Assembly: GCA_044225365.1 (NCBI GenBank)
Contig: JBGAIQ010000002.1
Coordinates: 1-64,000 of the forward strand
Direction of reading: 5' to 3'
From: Planctomycetota bacterium
Lineage (GTDB): Bacteria; Planctomycetota; B15-G4; JADJEK01
DNA length: 64,000 nt
Shown here: piece by piece, positions 39,858 through 49,606 of the stretch
Numbering within the stretch: position 1 is the first letter of the stretch
Layout: every line of letters starts with the position of its first letter
Notes under the pieces: generated by a model
Seen by the model: only the letters and a program-made list of their open reading frames with translations
The model's database searches: none
What the model was told of the DNA's origin: nothing
Position numbers and translations under genes: made by a program

Positions 39858-40945
39858 ACGGACTCTACGACCTCGCCGAACTCGATCCGCTCCTCGTCGA
39901 TCAACTCGCGGCACGCGCTCTCGCATTGCACCGCGGAGAGTTGCCGAGACGGTTCCCCGGCCGCTCGCTCGGCCTGCTCTTCTTCGATCCGTCCTTGCGC
40001 ACGCAGGCGTCGTTCCAGCGCGCCGCGGGCCTCCTCGATCTTCATCTCGTGCACCTCTCCGGAACGATCTGGGGACTCGAGACCGAGGAGGGCGCGGTCA
40101 TGGACAGCGACAAAGCGGAGCACGTGAAGGAAGCCGCGCGAGTGCTCGGACGCTACGTCGACGTGCTCGGCGTGCGGGCGTTCGCGAAGGGCAAGGACCG
40201 CGCGAAGGACCTCGCCGATCCGCTGCTTCGGGGATTTTCGAAGTACGCGGGAGTGCCCGTGATCAATCTCGAGAGCGCGCGGTTCCATCCGTGCCAGGCG
40301 CTCGCGGATCGCGTCACCCTCGATCAGTTCTCGATCCCCGTGCGATCGAAGTTCGTGCTCACGTGGGCTTGGCATCCGAAGGCGCTCCCGGTCGCCGTTC
40401 CGCAATCGACGTTGCTCATGGCGGCGCAGCGTGGAATGGACGTCGTGGTCCTGCGTCCCGAGGGATACGACCTGGAAGAGGACGTCGTCGCGCACGCCAC
40501 GCGTCTCGCGCGCGAGCGAGGCGGCCGTGTCGAGATCACGTCCGACCGGTCGGCGGTCGCGGGCGCGACGGCCATCTACGCGAAGTCGTGGGGCAGCCTG
40601 CTCGATTACGGCGATCCCGCTGCCGAGGCCGCGCGGCGGGCGAATCTGCGGCATTGGCGCGTCGAAGCCGGGACCTTCGCGACTGCGAAGGACGCCGTGT
40701 TCATGCATTGCCTGCCGGTGCGACGCAACGTCGTCGTGACGGACGAAGTGATCGATTCCGAGCGCAGCGTCGTGATCGAGCAGGCCGAGAATCGGCTGTG
40801 GGCGCAGACGGCGATCCTCGAGTCGATCCTCGGTGCGACCGCACCGCGCCGCGCATTCCGTTCCAGTATTCGCGCCCGGGAAGCCGGGAGTTCCAACGCC
40901 GGTCGAGTCGGCCGCGAGTTCGGTATCGAGGAGGGTTCGTCGTGA
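39854..40945 (+). CDS. argF: N-acylornithine transcarbamylase (ArgF', AOTCase/SOTCase type)
   Basis: PSLRT, HPCQ, LTWAWHPKALP, KSW, HCLPVRRN, AENR are diagnostic of the acetyl/succinyl-ornithine enzymes rather than classic OTCase (STRT, HCLP). Confidence 0.93.
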   Translation: MNGLYDLAELDPLLVDQLAARALALHRGELPRRFPGRSLGLLFFDPSLRTQASFQRAAGLLDLHLVHLSGTIWGLETEEGAVMDSDKAEHVKEAARVLGRYVDVLGVRAFAKGKDRAKDLADPLLRGFSKYAGVPVINLESARFHPCQALADRVTLDQFSIPVRSKFVLTWAWHPKALPVAVPQSTLLMAAQRGMDVVVLRPEGYDLEEDVVAHATRLARERGGRVEITSDRSAVAGATAIYAKSWGSLLDYGDPAAEAARRANLRHWRVEAGTFATAKDAVFMHCLPVRRNVVVTDEVIDSERSVVIEQAENRLWAQTAILESILGATAPRRAFRSSIRAREAGSSNAGRVGREFGIEEGSS

Positions 40946-41904
40946 AAGATCTGATTCGCGCCATTCCATACATCCGTATGCATCGGGATCGGGTGATCGT
41001 GATCAAGGCGGGCGGAGGCACGCTCCAGAAGGCCGCGCTCCAGCGTCAGTTCGCGCGCCAGGTCGCAGCGATCCACGCGCTCGGCGCGAAAGTGGTTGTC
41101 GTTCATGGCGGTGGTCCGCAGATCGACAAGGTGCAGCGCATGCTCGGCGAGGAGCCGCAGATGGTGGACGGGCGACGCATCACGTCGGAGACTGCGTTGC
41201 GCGCGCTCAAGATGTCGACGGCGGGCGAACTGAACGCCGACCTCGCCGCCGCCCTCCTCGAACAGGGCACGCCCGCGATCGGCATCACGGCGGGAAGCTG
41301 CGGTGCGCTCATCGCGCGTCGGCGCGGCCCGACGAAGACGAGCCAGGGCATCGTCGATTTCGGCCAGGTCGGAGACATCGCAACGGGTCTCGGGGATCCG
41401 ACCGCGATCGCGGCGCTGATCGCGGTGGGTCACGTGCCGGTGATCGCTCCGATCGCAGGCGACGGCGCGGGCGGGTATCTCAACGTCAACGCGGATCTCG
41501 CGGCGGCATCACTCGCGACGACGCTCAAGGCTTCGAAGCTCGTCTTCGTGACGGGAGTTCCCGGCATCTTGCGCGCTGCGCTCGATCCGGCGTCTCTCGT
41601 CTCGGCCTTGAGCCTCGACGAACTCGACGAACTCGACGCGACGGGCGTTTATTCGGGCGGCATGAAGGTGAAGGCGCAGGCGATCCGCAATGCGCTGCAC
41701 GGCGGCGTCGAACGCGTCCACGTCGTCTCCGGCCACGATCCCGAAGCCCTGCTCGCCGAGCTCTACACGACGCACGGAAGCGGCACGCTCGTCACCCGCG
41801 AGCCCGAACGTGCGCCCGAGGATGCGGCTGCGAGCACCCCGCCCGCGGCCAGCGTGACGCAGAAGAGCCAGGACAACGGGCTCTCCGCCGCTGCGATGGG
41901 CTGA
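40942..41904 (+). CDS. argB: Acetylglutamate (acylglutamate) kinase
   Basis: AIPYI, VIKAGG, VVHGGGPQI, GRRIT, DFGQVG, NVNAD, GGMKVK; GTGA overlap and GGAGG RBS. Confidence 0.95.
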   Translation: MKDLIRAIPYIRMHRDRVIVIKAGGGTLQKAALQRQFARQVAAIHALGAKVVVVHGGGPQIDKVQRMLGEEPQMVDGRRITSETALRALKMSTAGELNADLAAALLEQGTPAIGITAGSCGALIARRRGPTKTSQGIVDFGQVGDIATGLGDPTAIAALIAVGHVPVIAPIAGDGAGGYLNVNADLAAASLATTLKASKLVFVTGVPGILRAALDPASLVSALSLDELDELDATGVYSGGMKVKAQAIRNALHGGVERVHVVSGHDPEALLAELYTTHGSGTLVTREPERAPEDAAASTPPAASVTQKSQDNGLSAAAMG

Positions 41905-41906
41905 CG

Positions 41907-42986
41907 ATGGAGCCCGAGGCACTGCTCTCAAGGATGGTGGCGACGCCGAGTCCGTCGGGCGACGAGGGCGCGCTCGCGGACTTCGTCATCGCGTTCGCAG
42001 GCGAGACCGGGCTGTCCACGCAGCGCATCGGCAATTCGGTCGTGGCGCGCATCGGAAGCGTGGGCGCCAACGCGCCGCGCCTGTGGTTGCTCTCGCATCT
42101 CGATACGGTGCCCGTCGGCAATGGCTGGTCCCACGATCCCCTGAAGGGTGAGTGGGAAGGCGACCGGCTGTACGGGCGCGGGGCGAACGACGCCAAGGTC
42201 TGTGGCGCGTCGATGCTCTCCGCGGCGGCGGCGCTCGTGCCCGAATTCTCGAGCGGTCGTATTCGTGGCGTGCTCGAAGTGGTGCTGACCGCGTGCGAGG
42301 AGACGACGAACGCCGGGATGGGCGAGGTGCTCGCCGCTCTCGGCCCGCCGGACGCGTGCATCTGCGGCGAGCCGACGAGCCTCGAAGTCGTCTGCGCGCA
42401 GGGCGGTCTCTCGGTGCTCGCCGCGAAATGGCGCGGGATCTCGTGCCACGCAGCGCATGCTGCGACCGTCGACAACGTGAACGCACTCTTGGTCGCGGCG
42501 CGCGATCTCGCCGAACTGCCGAGCGTGCTCCACGTCGGTCACGATCATCCGCTGCTCGGTCGCACTTCGGTGGTGACGACGCAGCTCAAGGCGGGCGAAC
42601 GACACAACGTGATCCCGGATCTCGCCGAGGCGGTGTTCGACGCGCGCGTCGCGCCTGGAACGAGTGCGGACGAGATCCGCGCCGAACTCGAGCGGCGGCT
42701 GCCGAACGCCGAGGTGACGATCCGCTCGAAACGACTCACAGCGGTGGAGACGGCGATCGATCATCCCGTCGTTCGCGCGGCGCTCCTCGCCGCCAAGAAG
42801 CCGCGCGCGATTGCATCACGGACGCTCTCGGACATGGCGTTCCTGATGGGCGTCCCGGCCGTGAAGTGCGGGCCGGGCGACACGTCGCGGTCGCACACTC
42901 CCAACGAATACGTGACGCGCGCCGAGCTCGACGCCGGCGTCCAGTTCTATCGCGCCGCCGTTCCTTCGATCCTCGCAGTCCTGTAG
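41907..42986 (+). CDS. argE: M20 family N-acyl-citrulline/ornithine deacylase
   Basis: SHLDTVP, LYGRGANDAK, CEE, GEPT, HAAH, NVIP, SHTPNE; position in the arg operon. Confidence 0.88.
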   Translation: MEPEALLSRMVATPSPSGDEGALADFVIAFAGETGLSTQRIGNSVVARIGSVGANAPRLWLLSHLDTVPVGNGWSHDPLKGEWEGDRLYGRGANDAKVCGASMLSAAAALVPEFSSGRIRGVLEVVLTACEETTNAGMGEVLAALGPPDACICGEPTSLEVVCAQGGLSVLAAKWRGISCHAAHAATVDNVNALLVAARDLAELPSVLHVGHDHPLLGRTSVVTTQLKAGERHNVIPDLAEAVFDARVAPGTSADEIRAELERRLPNAEVTIRSKRLTAVETAIDHPVVRAALLAAKKPRAIASRTLSDMAFLMGVPAVKCGPGDTSRSHTPNEYVTRAELDAGVQFYRAAVPSILAVL

Positions 42987-42998
42987 GGAAGCCAAGTG

Positions 42999-44219
42999 AT
43001 GAGCGATTCCGAATCCGCGAACGAGAACAGTGCGCACGCGCGACCCGTGTGGGACCGTGGCGACGCGATCGATGCCGGCATGCTCGCCTTCACCGTCGGC
43101 GACGACTGGCTGATGGACCGAAGGCTCGTGAAGCACGACATCCGTGGATCGCTCGCGCACGTGAAGGGCCTGGAGCGCGTGGGACTCGTCAGCGCGGACG
43201 ACGCCGCCGCGATCACGCAGGGACTGAACGACCTGCTCGACCTTCATCACAAGGGTGAGTTCGACGTCACGGCGCGGGACGAGGACGTCCATTCGGCCGT
43301 CGAGAACGCACTCGTAGTGCGAATCGGCGATCCGGGCAAACGCCTCCACACCGCACGCAGTCGCAACGAGCAGGTGGCCGTCGACGTTCGGCTCTTCCTG
43401 CGCGAGGCGATCGGTGACGTGCGTGCGGCGCTCGATCGCGCGGTTCAGGCCTGTCTCGATCGCGCGCTCGCCTACGGCGATCTGCCCCTTCCGGGCTACA
43501 CGCACCTTCGCCGCGCGATGCCCTCGACGCTCGGGGTCTGGCTGCTCGCGCACGCCACGGCATTGCGCGCCGACATGTCGGAACTCGACGTGGCGGCGAA
43601 GCGGATCAGCAAGTGCCCGCTCGGGAGCGGGGCCGGATACGGCCTGCCGGTCGAACTCGATCGCGAGTTCGTTGCGAAGGAGCTCGGGTTCGACGCGCCC
43701 GAGGAGCCCGTGACGCTGGTGCAGCACTCGCGTGGGCGGGCCGAGCTCTCGTACCTGAACGCACTCGAGGCGATCGCACTCGACGTGATCAAGCTCGCGA
43801 CCGATCTCTGGCTCTTCACGAGCGAGGAGTTCTCCTTCGCCAAGTTGCCGGTCGCTCTCACGACCGGATCGTCGCTCATGCCGCAGAAGCGGAATCCCGA
43901 CCTCATCGAGCTGCTGCGCGCGAATGCGCGACAGGTGCTCGCCGAGCGCGACGCCGTCCGCGAGGTCGTGCGCGATTTGCCCTCCGGCTATCACCGCGAC
44001 TTCCAGTTGTTGAAGGGGCCGCTCTTTCGCGCGCACGATCGAATGCTCGCGATGCTGCCGATGGTCGACAAGCTCGTCCGCGGGATCGAGTTCGACGCCG
44101 GCGCACTGCGTGCGGCTTGCGCCGACCCAAAGCTCAATGCGACCGCACGCGCGCTCGAGAAAGCCAAGCAGGGCGTCCCGTTCCGCGATGCCTATCGCGA
44201 GGAGAGTCGCGGCGGCTGA
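42999..44219 (+). CDS. argH: Argininosuccinate lyase (short form)
   Basis: EDVHSAVE, HTARSRNEQV, PGYTHL, PLGSGAGYG, TGSSLMPQKRNPD, GYHRDFQ, GVPFRDAY. Confidence 0.96.
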   Translation: MSDSESANENSAHARPVWDRGDAIDAGMLAFTVGDDWLMDRRLVKHDIRGSLAHVKGLERVGLVSADDAAAITQGLNDLLDLHHKGEFDVTARDEDVHSAVENALVVRIGDPGKRLHTARSRNEQVAVDVRLFLREAIGDVRAALDRAVQACLDRALAYGDLPLPGYTHLRRAMPSTLGVWLLAHATALRADMSELDVAAKRISKCPLGSGAGYGLPVELDREFVAKELGFDAPEEPVTLVQHSRGRAELSYLNALEAIALDVIKLATDLWLFTSEEFSFAKLPVALTTGSSLMPQKRNPDLIELLRANARQVLAERDAVREVVRDLPSGYHRDFQLLKGPLFRAHDRMLAMLPMVDKLVRGIEFDAGALRAACADPKLNATARALEKAKQGVPFRDAYREESRGG

Positions 44220-44244
44220 GCCGCCCTGCGTCGAAGCCCTACGC

Positions 44245-46836
44245 TCAATGCAGCAGTTGGATCCCGTTCGTCGCGGCGTAGCCGAGCGTCGCGCCCGGGT
44301 CGACGACGAAGCCCTGCATTGCGAGGTTCAGTCCGACCGCCGACGCGGGATAGACGGTCGGCAGCGAGAACGAACCGTTGCCGGCGCCGCCGCCCGCGAG
44401 CGGGAGCAAGAGGCTCTGCGGCAACACGGGGAAGAGCAGCAGACGACATCCGCCGCCGATCGGCAGGTTCGCGGGCGATGTTCCGAGCAGGACGACCATC
44501 GTCGCGCCGCCGAGTCCGAACTTCGCGCCGAGCTTGACCGTTTCGCCCGGATCGGGACACCCCGTGAACGTGAGGACCGGTGAGAAGCCGCCCGAGCCTG
44601 GGCAGCCCGAACCATAGGCCGCGGCCGCTGAAACGCACTTGTCCTGGATGAGGATCGCGAAGTCCTCCACGAATCCGAGCGAATGGCCGACGACGGCATC
44701 GGTTCGTCCGTCACCGTTCAGGTCCGCGAGATCGGAGCCGTAGAGGATCCCATTGCTGCTCGGGTTGGTGTCCCACCCGAAGTTCACGAGCGCGTTGCTT
44801 TCCGCGGGATCGAAGCCGTTCGCCGTGCCGGGAACGATCGTCCCGCCGACCGCGACGTCCGTGAAGCCGTCGGCGTCGAGATCGCCGAAGTGGACTGCGG
44901 CGGGCTGAATGACGAAGCTCCCGATTCCCGAATTCTCCGTGACGACGGAGAAACCGTTCGCGCCGTAGCTCAACTGGAAGATCCGCAGATTGCTGAGGAG
45001 GCAGAGATCCATGTCGCCGTCGTTGTCGAAGTCGCGCGCCGTACTGAATTGGAGGTCGGGCGCGAGGACGATCGGGGTGACGATCGAACTCGGCCCCGGC
45101 GAGAAGGTACCGGCGCCATTTCCGAGATACGGGTACAGGAGCACATGGGTCGATTGTGCGACACTGTTCGTCGAGACGACGAAGTCGATGAAGCCGTCGA
45201 GATCGAAGTCCGCGGCTGCGAGTGAGCCAAGACCGGTCGACTGCACGACGGCGGTGGACGTCGCGTAGGGATTCGGGCCCGGAGAAGCCGTGCACAGATT
45301 GACGTCGAAAGCCGTCAACGCGAACAGATCGTCGTCGCCGTCGTTGTCGATGTCGGCGGGCACCGGGGGAGCCTTCAAGAACAAGAAGTTCGTGGTGGTC
45401 GGAGGCGGTACGAAAGCTCCGTTCCCCACACCCAGGTGCGTAGCGATCGAACCGAGGAAGGACTGAGTACCCGCGACGACGAGATCGACGTTGCCGTCGT
45501 TGTTCGAGTTCACCGGGACGAGCCAAGGGAACAATTCGGACGGTGAGAGGACGGTGGGCCCGAACGAACCGTCGCCGGCGCCCTTTTGGAACCGGATCGA
45601 TCCGCCGTCGTTCACGAGGAGGTCGACCTTCGCATCTCCGTCGACATCGTGCAGGAGCGGCGCCGAGTTCACCGTGGTGGGAACGCCTGTCGTGGGCGGC
45701 AGTACGAAAGTGCCCGGGCTCTGGCTGAAGAGTCCGTAGACGCCGAGCGCACCGACGACGACGAGATCGATCAGGCCGTTGCCATCGAGATGCATCGCCG
45801 CCGCGGTCCACATCCCTCCGAGGTCGACGTTCGATGCGATCCCGAAGAAACCATGCTTGTTGCCGTAGCGAAGCTGCGGCGGCGCCCCCAAGATCAAGGT
45901 GAGGAGATCCGGGTTCTGATCGGAGTTGAAGTCGGCGACGACGCACTGGGTTGGACTGTTCGACGTGTTGATGTAGTTGATCGACTGACTCGAGGTGAAG
46001 CCGTTCACGGTGGCGAGCAGGATCCTCGTCGTTCCCGGGCTGCCGTTGTCCTCGTTGACCACGAGATCGCTTCGGCCATCGTGATCGAGGTCCGCCACCA
46101 GAATGAACTCGCCGGGTGTGGCGAAGGCCGGCAGCGGCGACGCAAAGACTCCGCCGCCCAGACCACGCATCGTGAAGACACCATGCGCCAGTCCGAACGC
46201 GGAGATCGCGACGTCTGCCGTTCCATCGCCATCGAAGTCGCCGACTCCGAGAACCGCATCGCCGATCGGCGCGGCCTGCGGCGGGGAAGCCACGAGGCCG
46301 TTCGCATTCAAGAGCACCTGGATCGAGGCTTGGAGTCCGACGAGGTCGTAGGTGTAGACCAGGATGTCGGCCTTGCCGTCCTGGTCGAAGTCGCCGCTCA
46401 CGAGACGCAACGGATCGATGCTGGGATACGAGGTCGGAGCGCCGAACGTCCCGTCCCCGAGATTCGCATACACGAGTACCGCGGAGGCGACGCCGTGAGC
46501 CGACGCCGCGATGTCGAGGTCGCCGTCGTTGTCGAAGTCACCGATCGCATCTTCGATCGGGCCGACGCCGATTCCGCCGGCGGACGGAGTGAAGCTACCG
46601 AATCCTCGATTCAGGAGGACCTGTCCGCGCGAGAGCAGATCGGGGATTCCGTCGCCGTCGAAATCCCCCGCGAGTGTGTTGCTCGCCTGACTCGGCCCTT
46701 CGAAGAACGAGAACTGCGGAGTCGATTCGAATCGAAACTTGGGAGGGGCGGCATGGGAATCCACGGCAGGAAGGAGCCCGACAAGAGCCATCGCGGACGA
46801 CCAAGGAGAAGCATGCTTCAACGTCATCCGCCCCAT
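44245..46836 (-). CDS. Secreted FG-GAP repeat protein (paralogue 1) with conserved C-terminal domain
   Basis: Signal peptide; about 12 DxDxDGxxD repeats; C-terminus YGSGCPGSGG...QGFVVDP...TNGIQLLH. Confidence 0.88.
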   Translation of the reverse strand: MGRMTLKHASPWSSAMALVGLLPAVDSHAAPPKFRFESTPQFSFFEGPSQASNTLAGDFDGDGIPDLLSRGQVLLNRGFGSFTPSAGGIGVGPIEDAIGDFDNDGDLDIAASAHGVASAVLVYANLGDGTFGAPTSYPSIDPLRLVSGDFDQDGKADILVYTYDLVGLQASIQVLLNANGLVASPPQAAPIGDAVLGVGDFDGDGTADVAISAFGLAHGVFTMRGLGGGVFASPLPAFATPGEFILVADLDHDGRSDLVVNEDNGSPGTTRILLATVNGFTSSQSINYINTSNSPTQCVVADFNSDQNPDLLTLILGAPPQLRYGNKHGFFGIASNVDLGGMWTAAAMHLDGNGLIDLVVVGALGVYGLFSQSPGTFVLPPTTGVPTTVNSAPLLHDVDGDAKVDLLVNDGGSIRFQKGAGDGSFGPTVLSPSELFPWLVPVNSNNDGNVDLVVAGTQSFLGSIATHLGVGNGAFVPPPTTTNFLFLKAPPVPADIDNDGDDDLFALTAFDVNLCTASPGPNPYATSTAVVQSTGLGSLAAADFDLDGFIDFVVSTNSVAQSTHVLLYPYLGNGAGTFSPGPSSIVTPIVLAPDLQFSTARDFDNDGDMDLCLLSNLRIFQLSYGANGFSVVTENSGIGSFVIQPAAVHFGDLDADGFTDVAVGGTIVPGTANGFDPAESNALVNFGWDTNPSSNGILYGSDLADLNGDGRTDAVVGHSLGFVEDFAILIQDKCVSAAAAYGSGCPGSGGFSPVLTFTGCPDPGETVKLGAKFGLGGATMVVLLGTSPANLPIGGGCRLLLFPVLPQSLLLPLAGGGAGNGSFSLPTVYPASAVGLNLAMQGFVVDPGATLGYAATNGIQLLH

Positions 46837-46878
46837 CGACCTCGACCAAATCGGAGAAGACCCACCACGAGTTCGCAA

Positions 46879-49473
46879 TCAGTGAAGGAGCTGGATCCCG
46901 TTCGTCGCGGCGTAGCCGAGTGTCGCGCCCGGGTCGACGACGAAGCCCTGCATCGCGAGGTTCAGTCCGACCGCCGACGCGGGATAGACGGTCGGCAGCG
47001 AGAACGAGCCGTTGCCGGCGCCGCCGCCCGCGAGCGGGAGCAAGAGGCTCTGCGGCAACACGGGGAAGAGCAGCAGACGACATCCGCCGCCGAGTGGCAG
47101 GTTGGCGGGTGACGTTCCGAGCAGGACGACCATCGTCGCGCCGCCGAGGCCGAACTTCGCGCCGAGTTGGACCGCGGCGCCCGGATCGGGGCAGCCGGTA
47201 AAGGTGAGTGCCGGTACGAATCCTCCCGACCCTGGACAGCCCGAGCCGTACGCGGTCGCGGTCGACACGCAGGTGTCCTGGAGGAGGATCGCGAAATCCT
47301 GTTGATTGCTGAGCGGCCGTCCCACGACGGCGTCGGTGCGCCCGTCGCCGTTCAGGTCCGCGAGGTCGGAGCCGTAGAACAGTCCGTTGCCGCTTGGATT
47401 GGTGTCCGAACCGAAGTTGACGAGCACGTTGCTCGCAGACGGATCGAACCCATTCGCGGTTCCGGGAACGATCGTCCCGCCGATGACGAGGTCCGTCAAA
47501 CCGTCGGTATCGAGATCTCCGAACTCCACCGAAACCGGCGGCGTGAGAAAGCTGCCGATCCCGGGATTCTGCGTAATGACGGAGAATCCACCGGTCCCGT
47601 AGCTCAACTGGAAGATGGTGAGGTTGCTGAGGACGCAGAGGTCCATGTCGCCATCGCCGTCGAAGTCGCGCGCCGTACTGAACTGGAGGTCGGGCGCCAG
47701 GACGAGCGGAGTGACGACCGAACTCGGCCCCTGCGTGAACGCGCCGGTGCCATTTCCGAAGAAAGGAACCGCGTTCACGTTGGGCGATACGGAGAAGCTG
47801 TCGGTGGTGGCGACGAAGTCGAGGAATCCATCCAGATCGAAGTCGGCCGGCGCGATCGAGCCGTAGGAAGTCGAGGGCGAGAGCGTGACCGAGTTCGCGT
47901 AGGGATTCGGGCCCGGAGCTGCTGTGAAGAGAGCGAGGAAGGGACCCGCCAATCCGAGCAGGTCGTCGTCACCGTCGTCGTCGACGTCGGCGGCGACCGG
48001 AGCCGTCTTGAACGCCAGGGTACTCGTGCTCGTCGGGGCGGCAGCGAAGCTTCCACTTCCGTTGCCGAGGAGCGAAGTGACCGTTCCGATGAAGAGGTTG
48101 TTCCCCACCGCGACGAGATCGAGGTTCGCATCGTTGTTCGAATGGACGGGCACGAGCCAGGGACGCGCCGCTGCGGCCGAGAGCACCGCCGGGCCAAACG
48201 TGCCATTACCCACGCCCTTGCGGAATTGAATCGATCCGTTGGCGTTCACGAGGAAGTCCGCCTTGGAGTCGCCATCGACATCGCGGAGCAATGGGCGCGA
48301 ACTGACGTTCGGACTCAGCCCCGTCGTCGGCGGCAGAACGAACGTACCCGGAGTCTTCCCGCGGAGGCCGTACACGCCGAGCGGACCCTGCACGACGAGA
48401 TCGATGAGGGCATCGCCATCGAGGTTCATCGCGATAGCGGTCCACATCCCTCCGAGGTCGACGTTCGTGGCTCCGCCGAAGAAACCATGTTTGTTACCGA
48501 GTCGAAGTTGCGATGGCGCACCCAGGATCAGAGTGAGGAGATCCACGTTCTGATCGGAATCGAAATCGGCGAGCACGCACTGCGTCGGACTGTTGGACGT
48601 GTTGATGTAGTTGATCGACTGGCTCGAGTTGAAACCGTTCACGGTCGCGAGCAGGATCCTCGTCGTGCCCGAGTTTCCGTTGTCGTCGTTGATCACGAGA
48701 TCGCTGAGGCCATCGTGGTCGAGATCCGCGACCAGGATGAATTCGCCCGGTACGGCGAACGCCGGCAACGCCTGCGCGAAGACTCCGCCGCCCAGGCCGC
48801 GCATCGTGAAGACTCCATGCGCCTGTCCGAATGCGGAGATCGCGACGTCGCTCGTTCCATCACCATCGAAGTCGCCCACTCCGAGCACCGCGTCGCCGAT
48901 CGGCGCGGCCTGCGGCGGGGAAGCCACGAGGCCGTTCGCATTCAAGAGCACCTGGACGGACGCGCTGAGTCCGACGAGGTCGTAGTCGTAGACCAAGATG
49001 TCGGCCTTGCCGTCCTGATCGAAGTCGCCGCTGACGAGATGCATTGGATCGATGCTGGGATACGAGGTCGGAGCGCCAAACGTTCCGTTCCCGAGATTCG
49101 CATACACGAGGACTGCGGACGCGACGCCGTGAGCCGAGGCCGCGATGTCCAGGTCGCCATCGTTGTCGAAGTCCCCGATCGCGTCTTCGATCGGACCGAC
49201 GCCGATTCCACCTGCGGACGGAGAGAAACTTCCGAATCCTCGATTCAGGAGGACCTGCCCGCGTGTCAGCAGATCTTGGATCCCGTCGCCGTCGAAGTCT
49301 CCCGCGAGGGTATTGCTCGCCGGACTCGGCCCTTGGAAGAACGAAAACTGAGGAGTGGACTCGAATCGAAACCTGGGAGGGGCGGCTTCCGAGCTCGTCG
49401 CCGGGAGTAGCGCGGCAAGAACCAGCCCAACCAGCCACGGTGAAACACACGCGACGGAATTCGACTTCACCAC
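46879..49473 (-). CDS. Secreted FG-GAP repeat protein (paralogue 2) with conserved C-terminal domain
   Basis: GTG 49473 with GGAGG RBS; collinear with paralogue 1 over its whole length. Confidence 0.88.
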   Translation of the reverse strand: MVKSNSVACVSPWLVGLVLAALLPATSSEAAPPRFRFESTPQFSFFQGPSPASNTLAGDFDGDGIQDLLTRGQVLLNRGFGSFSPSAGGIGVGPIEDAIGDFDNDGDLDIAASAHGVASAVLVYANLGNGTFGAPTSYPSIDPMHLVSGDFDQDGKADILVYDYDLVGLSASVQVLLNANGLVASPPQAAPIGDAVLGVGDFDGDGTSDVAISAFGQAHGVFTMRGLGGGVFAQALPAFAVPGEFILVADLDHDGLSDLVINDDNGNSGTTRILLATVNGFNSSQSINYINTSNSPTQCVLADFDSDQNVDLLTLILGAPSQLRLGNKHGFFGGATNVDLGGMWTAIAMNLDGDALIDLVVQGPLGVYGLRGKTPGTFVLPPTTGLSPNVSSRPLLRDVDGDSKADFLVNANGSIQFRKGVGNGTFGPAVLSAAAARPWLVPVHSNNDANLDLVAVGNNLFIGTVTSLLGNGSGSFAAAPTSTSTLAFKTAPVAADVDDDGDDDLLGLAGPFLALFTAAPGPNPYANSVTLSPSTSYGSIAPADFDLDGFLDFVATTDSFSVSPNVNAVPFFGNGTGAFTQGPSSVVTPLVLAPDLQFSTARDFDGDGDMDLCVLSNLTIFQLSYGTGGFSVITQNPGIGSFLTPPVSVEFGDLDTDGLTDLVIGGTIVPGTANGFDPSASNVLVNFGSDTNPSGNGLFYGSDLADLNGDGRTDAVVGRPLSNQQDFAILLQDTCVSTATAYGSGCPGSGGFVPALTFTGCPDPGAAVQLGAKFGLGGATMVVLLGTSPANLPLGGGCRLLLFPVLPQSLLLPLAGGGAGNGSFSLPTVYPASAVGLNLAMQGFVVDPGATLGYAATNGIQLLH

Positions 49474-49554
49474 GATTCGGCCTCCGATCGAAGCGACTCC
49501 CCGCCGCTTCGATTTCAACCCGACACATGCCGCTCGGGGGTCGATCATAGCACA

Positions 49555-49587
49555 CGGATCTCCGACGACGGGGTCGTCGGAGATCCG
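49555..49587 (-). terminator. Perfect 15-bp hairpin downstream of lon (terminator-like)
   Basis: CGGATCTCCGACGAC-ggg-GTCGTCGGAGATCCG, 20 bp after the lon stop; no strong U-tract. Confidence 0.55.
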
Positions 49588-49606
49588 CGGGTCGTCATCG
49601 CGAGAT

